Below are positions 29,468 through 39,653 of a DNA stretch of 64,000 nt, in pieces. This DNA is from Flavobacteriales bacterium (GTDB lineage Bacteria > Bacteroidota > Bacteroidia > Flavobacteriales_D > Crocinitomicaceae). The position numbers and the translations under genes were made by a program. The DNA is taken from the NCBI GenBank assembly GCA_947475275.1, contig CANJNE010000001.1, forward strand, positions 44,897-108,896. The letters are read 5' to 3'. A model generated the notes under the pieces. That model searched no databases and was not told where the DNA came from. It saw nothing but the letters and a program-made list of their open reading frames with translations. Positions within the stretch are counted from its first letter, which is position 1. The number at the start of each line of letters is the position of its first letter.

Positions 29468-29560
29468 TTATTTTTTCTTCTTGTGACGATTTTTTCTTAG
29501 TCTCTTTTTACGCTTGTGCGTAGCCATTTTGTGTCTTTTTCTTTTTTTACCGCTTGGCAT
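29468..29560 (-). CDS. 30-aa polybasic peptide resembling small-subunit ribosomal protein bS22
   Basis: Not in the ORF track because it is shorter than the cut-off. My translation is MPSGKKRKRHKMATHKRKKRLRKNRHKKKK*. It lies between the HU terminator and the rng leader. The pattern resembles the mycobacterial/Bacteroidota bS22 family (from memory). Confidence 0.6.
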   Translation of the reverse strand: MPSGKKRKRHKMATHKRKKRLRKNRHKKKK

Positions 29561-29606
29561 ATCTTTCTTTTTTAATATTTATATCTTAATTCGTTTACTG
29601 TTCTTG

Positions 29607-29633
29607 AAAAAAAAACTCCCAAAAATTGGGAGT
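29607..29633 (-). terminator. intrinsic terminator after the HU gene
   Basis: ACTCCCA-aaaat-TGGGAGT. The A9 run at 29607..29615 is a T-run after the hairpin on the minus strand. Confidence 0.7.
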
Positions 29634-29680
29634 GCAAATTTATGAATAAAGTTCAATAAAACAAGTCTTTAAAGAATGTT

Positions 29681-29971
29681 TTATTTTACTTTAACTTTAT
29701 TCTTAACTTCATCTACAAAAGTTTTTGCTGGCTTGAAAGTAGGAATATTGTGGGCTGGTATAATAATCGTAGTATTTTTAGAAATATTTCTACCTGTTTT
29801 TTCAGCCCTTTCTTTAACAACAAAACTTCCAAATCCTCTTAAATATACGTTATTTCCTTTTGCCAAGGAAGTTTTGATTGAATTCATAAAAGATTCAACA
29901 GCTCTTAAGGCTTCTGTTCTGTCTAATCCTGTTTCCTCTGCTATGTCCGAAACAATATCCGCTTTTGTCAT
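29681..29971 (-). CDS. hup: HU family DNA-binding protein
   Basis: MTKADIVSDIAEETGLDRTEALRAVESF...LRGFGSF..KERAEKTGRN...IPAHNIPTFKPAK. The ATG at 29971 gives 96 aa; the track start at 30013 is an extension. Confidence 0.9.
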   Translation of the reverse strand: MTKADIVSDIAEETGLDRTEALRAVESFMNSIKTSLAKGNNVYLRGFGSFVVKERAEKTGRNISKNTTIIIPAHNIPTFKPAKTFVDEVKNKVKVK

Positions 29972-30075
29972 GTTTAAATTATTAATTTTATCATTCAGTG
30001 ATTTCGATGGCAAAAGTAATTCACGAAAGCTTATGATTTTGCTTTAGGTCAAAAAAATCGAAAAATTTTCCCTTA

Positions 30076-31092
30076 ATGTTGAAATTCACGCTACAAATCA
30101 CCAATTGGTATAGACAAAACAAAAGAGATTTACCTTGGAGACATACAAAAGATCCATATTTAATATGGCTTTCAGAAATCATTCTTCAACAAACTAGGGT
30201 TGAACAAGGCCTTCCATATTACAATAAATTCAGTTCGATATATCCTACAGTTGAACATTTAGCTCAAGCAAATGAAGAAGAAGTTTTGTTAATATGGCAG
30301 GGACTAGGTTATTATAGCAGAGCTCGTAATATGCTGACAACAGCTCAATTTATTTTAAGCGATCATTCTGGTAATTTCCCCCATTCCTACCAAGGTCTAT
30401 TAAAATTAAAAGGAATCGGCCCATATACTGCAGCAGCGATAGCGTCATTTGCCTTTGATGAAGAAACACCAGTAATAGATGGAAATGTTTTTAGGGTGCT
30501 ATCACGCTATTATGGGGTTGACTCAGCCATTGACTCAAGAGAAGGTAAACAACAAATTACTGAACTTGCTAACCTATCAATTGACAAAAAAAATCCAGCA
30601 TTATACAACCAGTCAATAATGGAATTTGGCGCATTGCAATGCAAACCAAAAAATCCGAATTGTGAAATTTGCCCCCTTAATGACTCTTGTTTATCCTATT
30701 TCCAGAACAAAGTGCAAGATAGGCCCCTGAAAATAAAAAAAATCAAGGTAACTAAAAGGTATTTCCATTATCTAGTGTCAAAAGAAAATGAATACCTGAC
30801 ACTTGAAAAAAGAACCGCAAATGACATTTGGAAGGGACTTTATCAATTTCCACTTATCGAATTGGAATCTACCGAATTAACAGATGATTTAATAACTAAT
30901 TTCAGAATAAGCGACTCTTCTTCAATTTACAACCATAAATTAACCCATCAAACTATTTTTGCCATTTTTCATGAGAGTAGTAATCCACCCAACAATTCAT
31001 TAAATCAATCCAAAGTAGCAATAACTGATTTAGAAAATTTTGCCTTTCCAAGACTTATTCAACGTTATTTGGAAAACAAGGAATTCATTTAA
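30076..31092 (+). CDS. mutY: A/G-specific adenine DNA glycosylase
   Basis: [12 protein letters not shown], an HhH-GPD region ([17 protein letters not shown]), and the 4Fe-4S motif [17 protein letters not shown]. Confidence 0.9.
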   Translation: MLKFTLQITNWYRQNKRDLPWRHTKDPYLIWLSEIILQQTRVEQGLPYYNKFSSIYPTVEHLAQANEEEVLLIWQGLGYYSRARNMLTTAQFILSDHSGNFPHSYQGLLKLKGIGPYTAAAIASFAFDEETPVIDGNVFRVLSRYYGVDSAIDSREGKQQITELANLSIDKKNPALYNQSIMEFGALQCKPKNPNCEICPLNDSCLSYFQNKVQDRPLKIKKIKVTKRYFHYLVSKENEYLTLEKRTANDIWKGLYQFPLIELESTELTDDLITNFRISDSSSIYNHKLTHQTIFAIFHESSNPPNNSLNQSKVAITDLENFAFPRLIQRYLENKEFI

Positions 31093-31129
31093 ATCGAATT
31101 TAAGTAGATTTACATTTCAGAAAAAAAAT

Positions 31130-31579
31130 ATGGCAGGAAGCGTTAACAAAGTCATTCTTATAGGTAACTTGGGAAAAGACCCTGAAATAAGAAGATTAGA
31201 AAATGGCACAGCGGTAGGAAATTTCACCTTGGCTACATCTGAAATTTATACTGATAAATCCTCTGGAGAAAAGAAAGAAATAACAGATTGGCATGATATC
31301 GTTGTGTGGAGAAATCTTGCAGAAATTTCCGAGAAATACTTAAAAAAAGGATACAAGATTTACGTGGAGGGAAAACTTAAAAAAAGAAGCTGGCAAGATA
31401 AGGAAGGGAATACGAGATACTCAACTGAAATAATTGCCGATGAAATGACTATTCTATCAAGACCTGAAGGAAATAGTTCACAAACCTCACGTTCACAATA
31501 TTCTAATGAAGATATACCCAAGCCTCCTTCGGCAATTGAAGGAATTCAGCATGAAGACACTGATGGCTTACCTTTCTAA
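31130..31579 (+). CDS. ssb: single-stranded DNA-binding protein
   Basis: [19 protein letters not shown]..., an OB fold, a disordered tail and a C-terminal DGLPF. The ATG is at 31130; the track start at 31040 overlaps mutY. Confidence 0.95.
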   Translation: MAGSVNKVILIGNLGKDPEIRRLENGTAVGNFTLATSEIYTDKSSGEKKEITDWHDIVVWRNLAEISEKYLKKGYKIYVEGKLKKRSWQDKEGNTRYSTEIIADEMTILSRPEGNSSQTSRSQYSNEDIPKPPSAIEGIQHEDTDGLPF

Positions 31580-31600
31580 TTACAATGTTAAAAATTTGTG

Positions 31601-32878
31601 ATGTCTGATACCAGTTATATATTCAGCTTTGTTATCCTAATTATTCTTCTTTTCATATCAGCACTAGCATCTGGTTCGGAAGCTGCGTTTTTCTCTATTG
31701 GGCCTACTGAAAAAGAAGCTTTAAAGCAACAGAAAAGCAAATCATCTAAACTAGTATTAGAACTTTTAGACAAACCTAAAGAATTATTAGCCACACTATT
31801 AATCACCAATAATTTCGTTAACATTGCTATAGTAATTTTAACCAGCACCTTGCTCGATAAATTACTCACTTTTTCCAATGATGACGGAACTTTACGTTTT
31901 TTAGTTGAGGTTGTTGGAATAACCTTTTTAATACTTCTTATAGGTGAGGTAATTCCGAAAATTTGGTCTTCTAACAACTCTCTTTCAATGGCAAAAGCAA
32001 TGGCCAAACCAATTAGTACAATTCGAAACATTCCCCCAATCTCATGGATCAAGCTATTCTTGGTCAACGGCACGAACCTCATACACAAAAGAGCCAAACG
32101 AAAAGGTATTAACATTACAACCGACGAATTAGAACAAGCAATCGCACTGACTAAAGAAGAGTCCACGTCCGAGGAAGAACATAAAATTTTGGAAGGAATA
32201 GTGAAATTTGGAAATACTGAAGTTTCTCAGGTAATGCAATCAAGAATTCAAATAATTGGGATTGAACAAAACACCCCATTCAATATAGTTTTAAATACAA
32301 TTTTAGATTCCGGTTATTCAAGAATTCCTGTTTACGAAAAGAATTTGGATAACATAAAAGGCATACTATACGCCAAAGATCTAATTCCTCATCTCGACAA
32401 TGACAGCTTCGAATGGCTTTCAAAACTTCAAACACCACTTTTTATTCCAGAAAATAAAAAAATCGACGATTTATTAAAAAATTTTCAAAACTTAAAAATG
32501 CACATGGCTCTTGTTGTTGACGAATATGGAGGTACCTGTGGTCTTGTTACACTTGAAGATGTCCTCGAGGAAATTGTAGGTGATATCACTGATGAATTTG
32601 ATGATCAAGAAATCGTTTACACACGAATAAATCAAACAACATTTTTATTTGAAGGAAGAACAACATTGATGGATTTCTATAAAATTATAAATGTAGACGG
32701 GAAAAAAATTGACGCAGTCAAAGGAGAAGCCGAAACCATCGGAGGTTTTATTGTAGAAACAGCGGGTAGAATCCCAATGAATAATGAATCAATTGAAATA
32801 GATAATTTGCGTTTAGTGGTCGAATCATCTGATAAGAAAAGAGTGAAAATGGTTAAAGTAATCAAAAAATCAAATTAG
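31601..32878 (+). CDS. gldE: gliding motility-associated protein GldE (CNNM/DUF21 TM domain + CBS pair + CorC_HlyC)
   Basis: Domain order as in GldE. The mutY-ssb-gldE-gldD synteny matches Flavobacterium johnsoniae (from memory). ATG at 31601; GTG at 31598. Confidence 0.85.
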   Translation: MSDTSYIFSFVILIILLFISALASGSEAAFFSIGPTEKEALKQQKSKSSKLVLELLDKPKELLATLLITNNFVNIAIVILTSTLLDKLLTFSNDDGTLRFLVEVVGITFLILLIGEVIPKIWSSNNSLSMAKAMAKPISTIRNIPPISWIKLFLVNGTNLIHKRAKRKGINITTDELEQAIALTKEESTSEEEHKILEGIVKFGNTEVSQVMQSRIQIIGIEQNTPFNIVLNTILDSGYSRIPVYEKNLDNIKGILYAKDLIPHLDNDSFEWLSKLQTPLFIPENKKIDDLLKNFQNLKMHMALVVDEYGGTCGLVTLEDVLEEIVGDITDEFDDQEIVYTRINQTTFLFEGRTTLMDFYKIINVDGKKIDAVKGEAETIGGFIVETAGRIPMNNESIEIDNLRLVVESSDKKRVKMVKVIKKSN

Positions 32879-32883
32879 ATAAA

Positions 32884-33471
32884 ATGTCAAAAATAAATTT
32901 AATCTTTCTGTTATCCATTCTTAGTCTAGCAGCTTGCGGAGGAAATGATAAATACAAAATAACAGTTCCTGAAGCAAAAAAATACCCAATACCTAATCTT
33001 CCAGAGCATAAATACAAAAACTATGTTAGCAAATGCGGGTACCAATTCAAGTCTCCAAATATCTATACTGTGAAAGATGTTAAGGATGATAAAGGAAACC
33101 TTACTTGCCACAAAGACATTGACCTAGGTCCATTGAACGGAATAATGCATTTTTCATATATTCCAATGGTTGAAAACCTTTCAACATACATCAACTATGC
33201 AAATGATAAGGTAGATGAACATAAAATTAAAGCAAGCGCGATTAAGGACCAACAAATTATCAAGCCCCAATCTAAAGTTTATGGCACTTTTTTCGAATTA
33301 GAAGGTGATGTCGCAACGCCTTTTCAATTTTACTTAACTGATTCTTCAAAGTATTTTGTGAGTGGCGTAGTTTATTTTAATTGCAGACCTAACTATGACT
33401 CATTAAAACCTTCAATTGATTATTTAAAAACGGACCTTTTAGAAATTATTAATACATTCCAATGGAATTAA
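32884..33471 (+). CDS. gldD: gliding motility lipoprotein GldD
   Basis: Lipobox LSLAACGG, 195 aa, begins 5 nt after gldE. The LPEHKY motif region resembles GldD. Confidence 0.75.
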   Translation: MSKINLIFLLSILSLAACGGNDKYKITVPEAKKYPIPNLPEHKYKNYVSKCGYQFKSPNIYTVKDVKDDKGNLTCHKDIDLGPLNGIMHFSYIPMVENLSTYINYANDKVDEHKIKASAIKDQQIIKPQSKVYGTFFELEGDVATPFQFYLTDSSKYFVSGVVYFNCRPNYDSLKPSIDYLKTDLLEIINTFQWN

Positions 33472-33472
33472 T

Positions 33473-33985
33473 ATGCACAAGGTAATATTAAGTTTAGGTA
33501 GTAATATTGAGGACCGAATGCAACACTTGGATTTTGGGTTGGCATCCATAAAAAAGAAAATTGGAAATATAATAAAGGTTTCGTCCATTTATGAGACAGA
33601 TCCACTAGGCTTCGAAAGCAATTGTAGGTTTTACAATCTGTGTGTATCTATTGAATCGATTTTAAATCCATTTGAAATTTTAAATAACATTCAAAACATT
33701 GAATTAGAAGCAGGTAGAACGCACAAATCAAAGAATAACATTTATCAATCAAGAACGCTAGATATCGACATAATTTTAATGGATAACATTACACTAAAAT
33801 CTGAAAATTTATCCATCCCACATCCGCATTTCTCTACTAGAAAATTTGTTCTTGTTCCAATGAATGAAATTTGTCCAGATTTTATTGTTGCTAACACCAA
33901 TAAAACGGTAGCAGAATTTCTGAACGATTGTAGGGATTTTTCTTACATAAAAAGACTTGATTCAGCAACAATAAATAATTATTAA
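33473..33985 (+). CDS. folK: 2-amino-4-hydroxy-6-hydroxymethyldihydropteridine diphosphokinase
   Basis: LSLGSN, YETDPLG, RTLDIDIIL, IPHP and RKFVLVPMNEI. Confidence 0.9.
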   Translation: MHKVILSLGSNIEDRMQHLDFGLASIKKKIGNIIKVSSIYETDPLGFESNCRFYNLCVSIESILNPFEILNNIQNIELEAGRTHKSKNNIYQSRTLDIDIILMDNITLKSENLSIPHPHFSTRKFVLVPMNEICPDFIVANTNKTVAEFLNDCRDFSYIKRLDSATINNY

Positions 33986-34063
33986 ACACACTGATTTTTT
34001 TGGGTAAAACAAATATATTGTTTAATATTGTCGCAAAATTCGAAAAGTTTATTACTGAAGCAT

Positions 34064-35776
34064 ATGAAAAAGACAAGTTTAAAAGGTTTAATTTTAGTTC
34101 TTTTTGCAGGTTCGTTCATGACGAGTTGCGATTTGTTAAAAGACGTGAAGTACACTGTAACGCCTAACCCCCTAGAATTGCATGGTGATTCTGTTAGAGT
34201 TACTGTTGATGTTACATTCCCTGAGAAAGGAATCAAGAAAAAAGCTAAAGTTGAAGTTACTCCTATGTTAGGTAGCACTGCTTTGAAAACAGTTACAATT
34301 ACTGGTGAAAAGGTTGAAAGCAACGGAACTAAAATTGCTTACAAACCAGGAGGTAGTTATAAATACACAGATGTAGTTGCATACAAACCTGAATTCGAAA
34401 ATGCTGATTTAAAAGTAACGGGTAAAGTTTACAAAGGAGATAAAGAAAAAGAAGGTCAGTTTGAGGAAACGAAAATAGCTGATGCAACTATAGTAACTCC
34501 ATTATGGGTGAACAAGGATTTTAGAGTTATCTTCCAAGATGACGCATTCAAACGCGAAACGAATTTATCAACATCTTCCATGATTAATTTCGACAAAGGT
34601 AAATCAGAACTTCGTCCTACTGAAATGAAAGACAAAGATATGGTTGACTACAAAAATTGGTTAATCGCAGCTCAAACCAATTCTAAAATTGCAATAAAAA
34701 ATATTGAATTGGGTGGATGGGCATCTCCTGAAGGAGAAGACGCATTCAATGTTGGTCTTTCTAATGATAGATCTGCAACTGCAGAGAAAGTTTTAATGGA
34801 CCTAGCTAAATCTTTAAACTTGGGTAAAATTTCGCCAAACGTTTATTTGAAAGCCGGTAATGGTCCTGATACTAAAGGTCTTAAAGAATATCTTAAAACT
34901 TCTACAATCAATCCAGCTGATCAAGATGTTATCATTAGAATGATGGCTATAGCTGGTAAATCTGATACAACTGGAAAAACAGCAAGGAAAACACTTATGG
35001 AACTTGGTAAAGTTTATCAAGATTTAGAAAACCTTTGTTTTCCGATGTTACGTCGTGTTGAAATTAAAACAAATTATATTTTGACTGGCTACACAGACGA
35101 AGAACTTAAAGCAGTTTCCAAAGCAACACCAGATTCTCTTGATGTTGAAGAATTATTGTTCACAGCTGAATTAACTAATGATCTGAACGAAAAGTTGAGA
35201 CTTTATAACGTTGCAATTAAAAATTTCCCTAAAGATTTCAGAGTGCACAATAATGCTGGTGCTGTGCTTTATGCTCAAAACAAAATGTCAGAAGCTAAAG
35301 CAGCATTTGAAAAATCAAATTCTTTAAAAGAAAATGCGATTGCTAAAAACAATTTAGCTGCGATAGCAGGAGCTACAGGTGACCGCAAGAAGAGTCGTGA
35401 GCTTCTTACTCAAGCTAAAGGAGCAGGTGATCAAGTTTCTTACAATAACGGAATCTTAGATATACAAGATGGTAAATACAGCTCTGCTATAACCAACTTT
35501 GGAAAATCTAGTTCTTTCAATTTGGCTTTAGCTCAATTATTAAATGGTAAGCCGTCTGACTGTATTGCGACAATAGATAATTCAACTGACAAAGAAAGTG
35601 CACAAGGCTACTATTTGAAAGCTGTTGCTTCTGCTCGTTTGGATAAAGTTGATGCAGTTGCAAGTAACCTTAAAAATGCAATTGCTAAAGATGCGTCTTT
35701 GAAAACAAAAGCAGCAAACGACCGTGAATTCTTAAAGTATTCTGACAACGCAACTTTTACTAGCGTAGTTAAATAA
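34064..35776 (+). CDS. lipoprotein with OmpA-like (peptidoglycan-associating) motif and C-terminal TPR-like repeats
   Basis: The ATG at 34064 gives MKKTSLKGLILVLFAGSFMTSC (lipobox). GGWASPEGEDAFNVGLSNDRSATAEKVL is an OmpA_C-like variant. The C-terminal third has TPR-like helices (NNAGAVLYAQNKMSEAKAAFEKS...). Confidence 0.6.
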   Translation: MKKTSLKGLILVLFAGSFMTSCDLLKDVKYTVTPNPLELHGDSVRVTVDVTFPEKGIKKKAKVEVTPMLGSTALKTVTITGEKVESNGTKIAYKPGGSYKYTDVVAYKPEFENADLKVTGKVYKGDKEKEGQFEETKIADATIVTPLWVNKDFRVIFQDDAFKRETNLSTSSMINFDKGKSELRPTEMKDKDMVDYKNWLIAAQTNSKIAIKNIELGGWASPEGEDAFNVGLSNDRSATAEKVLMDLAKSLNLGKISPNVYLKAGNGPDTKGLKEYLKTSTINPADQDVIIRMMAIAGKSDTTGKTARKTLMELGKVYQDLENLCFPMLRRVEIKTNYILTGYTDEELKAVSKATPDSLDVEELLFTAELTNDLNEKLRLYNVAIKNFPKDFRVHNNAGAVLYAQNKMSEAKAAFEKSNSLKENAIAKNNLAAIAGATGDRKKSRELLTQAKGAGDQVSYNNGILDIQDGKYSSAITNFGKSSSFNLALAQLLNGKPSDCIATIDNSTDKESAQGYYLKAVASARLDKVDAVASNLKNAIAKDASLKTKAANDREFLKYSDNATFTSVVK

Positions 35777-35796
35777 ATAAATTTCGATTTTTAAAA

Positions 35797-35825
35797 ATGG
35801 TCACCAAACGGTGGCCATTTTTTTT
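35797..35825 (+). terminator. intrinsic terminator
   Basis: ATGGTCACC-aaac-GGTGGCCAT (9 bp including one G-U) followed by T8. Confidence 0.8.
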
Positions 35826-35856
35826 GCCGTTTTGAATCCTTCAAAAATATTAACTA

Positions 35857-36819
35857 TTGAAACCTGAAGAGATATCCCATAAAAAAGTCCTTGTCGCCTC
35901 TCTAAATTGGGGTATGGGTCACGTATCTCGTACTATAGCCATAATAAATAGATTGATTAAACAAGATAATAAGTTGTTTTTTGTCGGAAATGAAGCGCAG
36001 TTGCAAATTGTAAAAACATATTTTCCAGAAATTACAGTTTTTAACCTAGATGACTACCCATTTCGATTTGGAGATAAGGGGAATTTCACGCTAGATTTAT
36101 TAAAAACAATCAAGCCTCTATTCAAAAGGTTCAAAAAAGAACAAAGAGATTGTAATGAACTTACTAAAAAATTGAAAATTGATATCGTAATATCAGATCA
36201 CAGATATGGTTTCAAAAGTAAATGTGCAACTAATGTATTCGTAACACACCAAATTAATTTGCCGCTATCTTGGTGGCAATATCCTTTTCAACTCATCCAC
36301 AAAAGACTAATAAATTCGTTTGATTGGATTTGGATACCTGATACTGAGGATTCTCAATTTGCAGGCAAACTTAGTAATATGTCTAATAATCCGAAATATA
36401 TACCAATTGGAATCATTTCCAGATTTGAGTTATATCCAAAACAAATTATCAAAACAATAAATTCAACAATTATAATAAGCGGACCTATAGAATTGGCAAA
36501 GGAATTCCTTAAAAATCAAATAGAACATTTTAAGAAAGAAAAAAAAGAAAAACCTACCATTATATGTTCAACTGATATAGTTACACCTGAAATTGATTTA
36601 GTAGATTTTAAATTAGTAGAAAACTGGATTGATGCAGATAGCATAATATTGAAATCGAAAAAGATAATTTCGCGATCTGGTTACTCTACAATTATGGACA
36701 TCGCTTATCTAAATTGTGAAAGTGACTTAACACCCACAAAAGGACAAAAAGAGCAAGAATACCTATTCAAGATTTGGAAAAAAAAACAAGATTCAGGTAA
36801 ACCGTCAATAGACTTTTAA
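35857..36819 (+). CDS. GT-B fold glycosyltransferase (GT1/GT28-like)
   Basis: TTG start. The N-terminal VLVASLNWGMGHVSR resembles the G-x-G-H loop of MurG/UDP-glycosyltransferase-like enzymes. Confidence 0.5.
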   Translation: MKPEEISHKKVLVASLNWGMGHVSRTIAIINRLIKQDNKLFFVGNEAQLQIVKTYFPEITVFNLDDYPFRFGDKGNFTLDLLKTIKPLFKRFKKEQRDCNELTKKLKIDIVISDHRYGFKSKCATNVFVTHQINLPLSWWQYPFQLIHKRLINSFDWIWIPDTEDSQFAGKLSNMSNNPKYIPIGIISRFELYPKQIIKTINSTIIISGPIELAKEFLKNQIEHFKKEKKEKPTIICSTDIVTPEIDLVDFKLVENWIDADSIILKSKKIISRSGYSTIMDIAYLNCESDLTPTKGQKEQEYLFKIWKKKQDSGKPSIDF

Positions 36820-36853
36820 ACAATTCGATTTTCATAGTTACATGTTGTTACAT

Positions 36854-36883
36854 TTTGATAAACAACAAGTATTCTTATTTTTG
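36854..36883 (+). promoter_or_regulatory. Bacteroidota-type promoter candidate (-33 TTTG / -7 TAnnTTTG)
   Basis: TTTG at 36854..36857, an 18-nt spacer, then TATTTTTG at 36876..36883. This is 13 nt upstream of the ATG at 36896. Confidence 0.4.
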
Positions 36884-36895
36884 TAATACTGGCTT

Positions 36896-37600
36896 ATGAA
36901 AAATCGATTACTCCCATATATCGTGGTCCTTTCAGGAGTGCTGGCATTTATATCACTATCATCGAGTAAAAAGAAAAATTACGCGAATGAAATCAATGTC
37001 ATTAAACTAGCACCAACGAAAATTGAAACAGCAAACGTCGATTCTTGTTTTCATGAGAAAAATTATGCACTTGAACTAAATGATAGGGTAGCCAGTTATT
37101 TAAATGAATCTTTCAGAAAAGGAACTGGCAAGTTATTGAATTCAAAAAATGAAATTAATCGTTTCGTCTATAAAGGTAAATTGGTTAAAATTTCAGACAA
37201 TGAATATTACACCATTGGCAAAATGAGATACAGTTATCCTTATTTAACACAAAATGCTCAACTCTTTCTTGATGAACTCGGTGAACGGTTTCATTTGGCA
37301 CTAGAAAACACCAGCTTACAATGTTCACAATTTAAAATAACATCCTTATTACGCACCACAAGTTCAATAGAACGAATGATGAAAAGCAATAAAAATTCAA
37401 TCAAAAACAGCTCACATCTTCACGGCACAACGTTCGATATTTCTTATGCAAATTTTGTTCACTCCGAAGATTTATCAAATTCCGAAATAAGCTATTTAGC
37501 AGGGATATTAGCTCGAACCCTATGGGATTTAAGGAATGAAAAGAAATGTTTTGTTACCTATGAGGTATGGCAAAAATGTTTTCACGTAGTTGTCCGTTGA
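36896..37600 (+). CDS. hypothetical exported protein, possibly peptidase M15 (VanY/LD-carboxypeptidase)-like
   Basis: N-terminal TM/signal segment. SSHLHGTTFDISY resembles the H-x-x-x-x-x-x-D metal motif of the M15 fold. Confidence 0.4.
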   Translation: MKNRLLPYIVVLSGVLAFISLSSSKKKNYANEINVIKLAPTKIETANVDSCFHEKNYALELNDRVASYLNESFRKGTGKLLNSKNEINRFVYKGKLVKISDNEYYTIGKMRYSYPYLTQNAQLFLDELGERFHLALENTSLQCSQFKITSLLRTTSSIERMMKSNKNSIKNSSHLHGTTFDISYANFVHSEDLSNSEISYLAGILARTLWDLRNEKKCFVTYEVWQKCFHVVVR

Positions 37601-37728
37601 AAAATCTTCTTGACTGCAGAATTTTTATATACGTTTATCAAATTCAACAAACTTATTGCATTTTTTGATTGTCATGTTCAACTTTGCTTTTATCTTTATC
37701 GTTAATTAAATAATAATTACATTTTCAC

Positions 37729-38400
37729 ATGTTTGATAATAACGAATTCAAAAAATACGCTACCAAACACATGGGCTTGAGTAGCATTTACATGGATCAT
37801 TATATAGAGTCTTCTTTAACACCTTACATTATTGAAGAAAGGTCATTGAATATGACTCAAATGGACGTTTTTTCGAGATTGATGATGGATCGTATCATAT
37901 TCCTAGGAACAGGAATTGACGATTACGTTGCTAATATAATTAATGCACAGTTGCTATTCCTAGAATCGGTAGATCCGAAAAAAGACATTCAAATATATTT
38001 GAATTCTCCAGGCGGATCTGTATATGCCGGATTGGGAATTTACGATACAATGCAATATATTAAACCAGATGTGGCCACAATTTGTACTGGAATGGCTGCT
38101 TCAATGGGAGCTGTTTTGATGTGTGCGGGAGCAGAAGGAAAACGTTCTGCTTTAAAACACGCAAGAGTAATGATACATCAACCCCTTGGAGGTGCTCGTG
38201 GTCAAGCATCAGATATCGAAATCACTGCGCGTGAAATTCAAAAATTGAAAAAAGAACTTTATGATATCATCGCAACTCATTCTGGCCAAACCTATGAAAA
38301 GGTTTGGGAAGATTCAGATCGTGATTATTGGATGACAGCAGAAGAAGCCAAAGAATACGGAATGGTTGATGAAATTCTGGTTAGAAACCCAAAAAAATAA
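37729..38400 (+). CDS. clpP: ATP-dependent Clp protease proteolytic subunit
   Basis: RIIFLGTGIDD, GMAASMGAVL (Ser) and MIHQPLGG (His). Confidence 0.95.
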   Translation: MFDNNEFKKYATKHMGLSSIYMDHYIESSLTPYIIEERSLNMTQMDVFSRLMMDRIIFLGTGIDDYVANIINAQLLFLESVDPKKDIQIYLNSPGGSVYAGLGIYDTMQYIKPDVATICTGMAASMGAVLMCAGAEGKRSALKHARVMIHQPLGGARGQASDIEITAREIQKLKKELYDIIATHSGQTYEKVWEDSDRDYWMTAEEAKEYGMVDEILVRNPKK

Positions 38401-38424
38401 TAAGTAAGCGCAATAGCTATTAAA

Positions 38425-39648
38425 ATGTCGAAAAAAGATAGTGGTTGTTCCTTTTGTGGTAGATCTAGAAACGAAGTAGGTGTGCTTATCGCGGGAGTAT
38501 CCGGTCACATTTGTGAAAGTTGCATACAACAAGCACACAACATCATCAAAGAAGAGGATGTTAACGAACGAAACAATTCATCAGCTATAGTTAATTTGCT
38601 TAAGCCCGTTGAAATTAAAAATCGTTTAGATGAGTATGTAATTGGTCAAGATGATGCTAAAAAAGTACTTTCAGTAGCAGTATACAACCACTACAAACGG
38701 CTTAATCAACCAAGTTCAAAGGATGAAATTGAAATAGAAAAATCCAATGTCATTCTTGTAGGACGCACCGGTACAGGAAAAACTTTGCTAGCGAAAACTA
38801 TTGCAAAGATGTTAAATGTACCTTTTTGTATTGCCGACGCCACGGTTCTTACTGAAGCTGGTTACGTGGGTGAAGATGTTGAAAGTATTCTTTCGCGTCT
38901 TTTACAAGCCGCAGACTATAATGTAAATGCAGCTCAAAATGGTATCGTTTTCATAGACGAAATTGATAAAATTGCTAGGAAAAGTGATAATCCATCAATC
39001 ACAAGGGATGTTTCAGGTGAAGGAGTTCAACAAGCCCTTTTAAAACTATTGGAAGGGTCTATCGTTAATGTACCACCTCAAGGTGGTCGTAAGCATCCAG
39101 AGCAGAAAATGATCCAAATCGACACCAAAAATATTTTATTTGTTTGTGGTGGTGCATTTGATGGGATAGAGAAAATTATTGCTAACAGGGTTAACAGACA
39201 AATCATTGGATTCAATTCTTCTGAAAATGAAATTATTGAAGAGAATAGTCTTTTAAAATATATTAATCCGACGGATATCAAATCTTTTGGTCTAATTCCA
39301 GAATTAATAGGAAGGTTCCCTGTTTTAACATATTTAGAGCCACTTGATGCGCAAAGCTTAAAAAGGATTTTAACGGAACCTAAAAATGCCCTTGTAAAAC
39401 AATACATGCGGTTATTTGAAATGGATGGCGTTAAATTAAACTTTGATGCCTCTGTATTGGATTTTATAGTTACCAAAGCAATAGAATTCAAACTGGGTGC
39501 TCGTGGTTTGCGTTCAATTTGTGAAGCGATATTGAATGAGGCAATGTTTGATTTACCTTCAAGCAGCGAAAAGTCTTTCAGATTAACATTAGACTATGCA
39601 GAAAAGCAATTTTCAAAGTCTAAAATTGCAACCTTGAAAGTTGCATAA
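38425..39648 (+). CDS. clpX: ATP-dependent Clp protease ATP-binding subunit
   Basis: Zinc ribbon CSFCG...CESC, Walker A GRTGTGKT, and Walker B VFIDEIDK. Confidence 0.95.
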   Translation: MSKKDSGCSFCGRSRNEVGVLIAGVSGHICESCIQQAHNIIKEEDVNERNNSSAIVNLLKPVEIKNRLDEYVIGQDDAKKVLSVAVYNHYKRLNQPSSKDEIEIEKSNVILVGRTGTGKTLLAKTIAKMLNVPFCIADATVLTEAGYVGEDVESILSRLLQAADYNVNAAQNGIVFIDEIDKIARKSDNPSITRDVSGEGVQQALLKLLEGSIVNVPPQGGRKHPEQKMIQIDTKNILFVCGGAFDGIEKIIANRVNRQIIGFNSSENEIIEENSLLKYINPTDIKSFGLIPELIGRFPVLTYLEPLDAQSLKRILTEPKNALVKQYMRLFEMDGVKLNFDASVLDFIVTKAIEFKLGARGLRSICEAILNEAMFDLPSSSEKSFRLTLDYAEKQFSKSKIATLKVA

Positions 39649-39653
39649 TTAGA

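Noticed and set aside
31615-32166. A 183-aa ORF antisense to gldE. Similar long antisense ORFs are 4412..4891 (rsmG), 39078..39491 (clpX), 57124..57585 (topA), 13633..14052 (M14 peptidase), 49799..50197 (gldM), 29676..30047 (HU) and 33982..34323.
   Set aside because: Each lies entirely inside a gene with clear family motifs on the opposite strand. The translations are low-complexity (S/L/I/F/K-rich) and have no recognisable motifs. This is the usual mirror-frame artefact.
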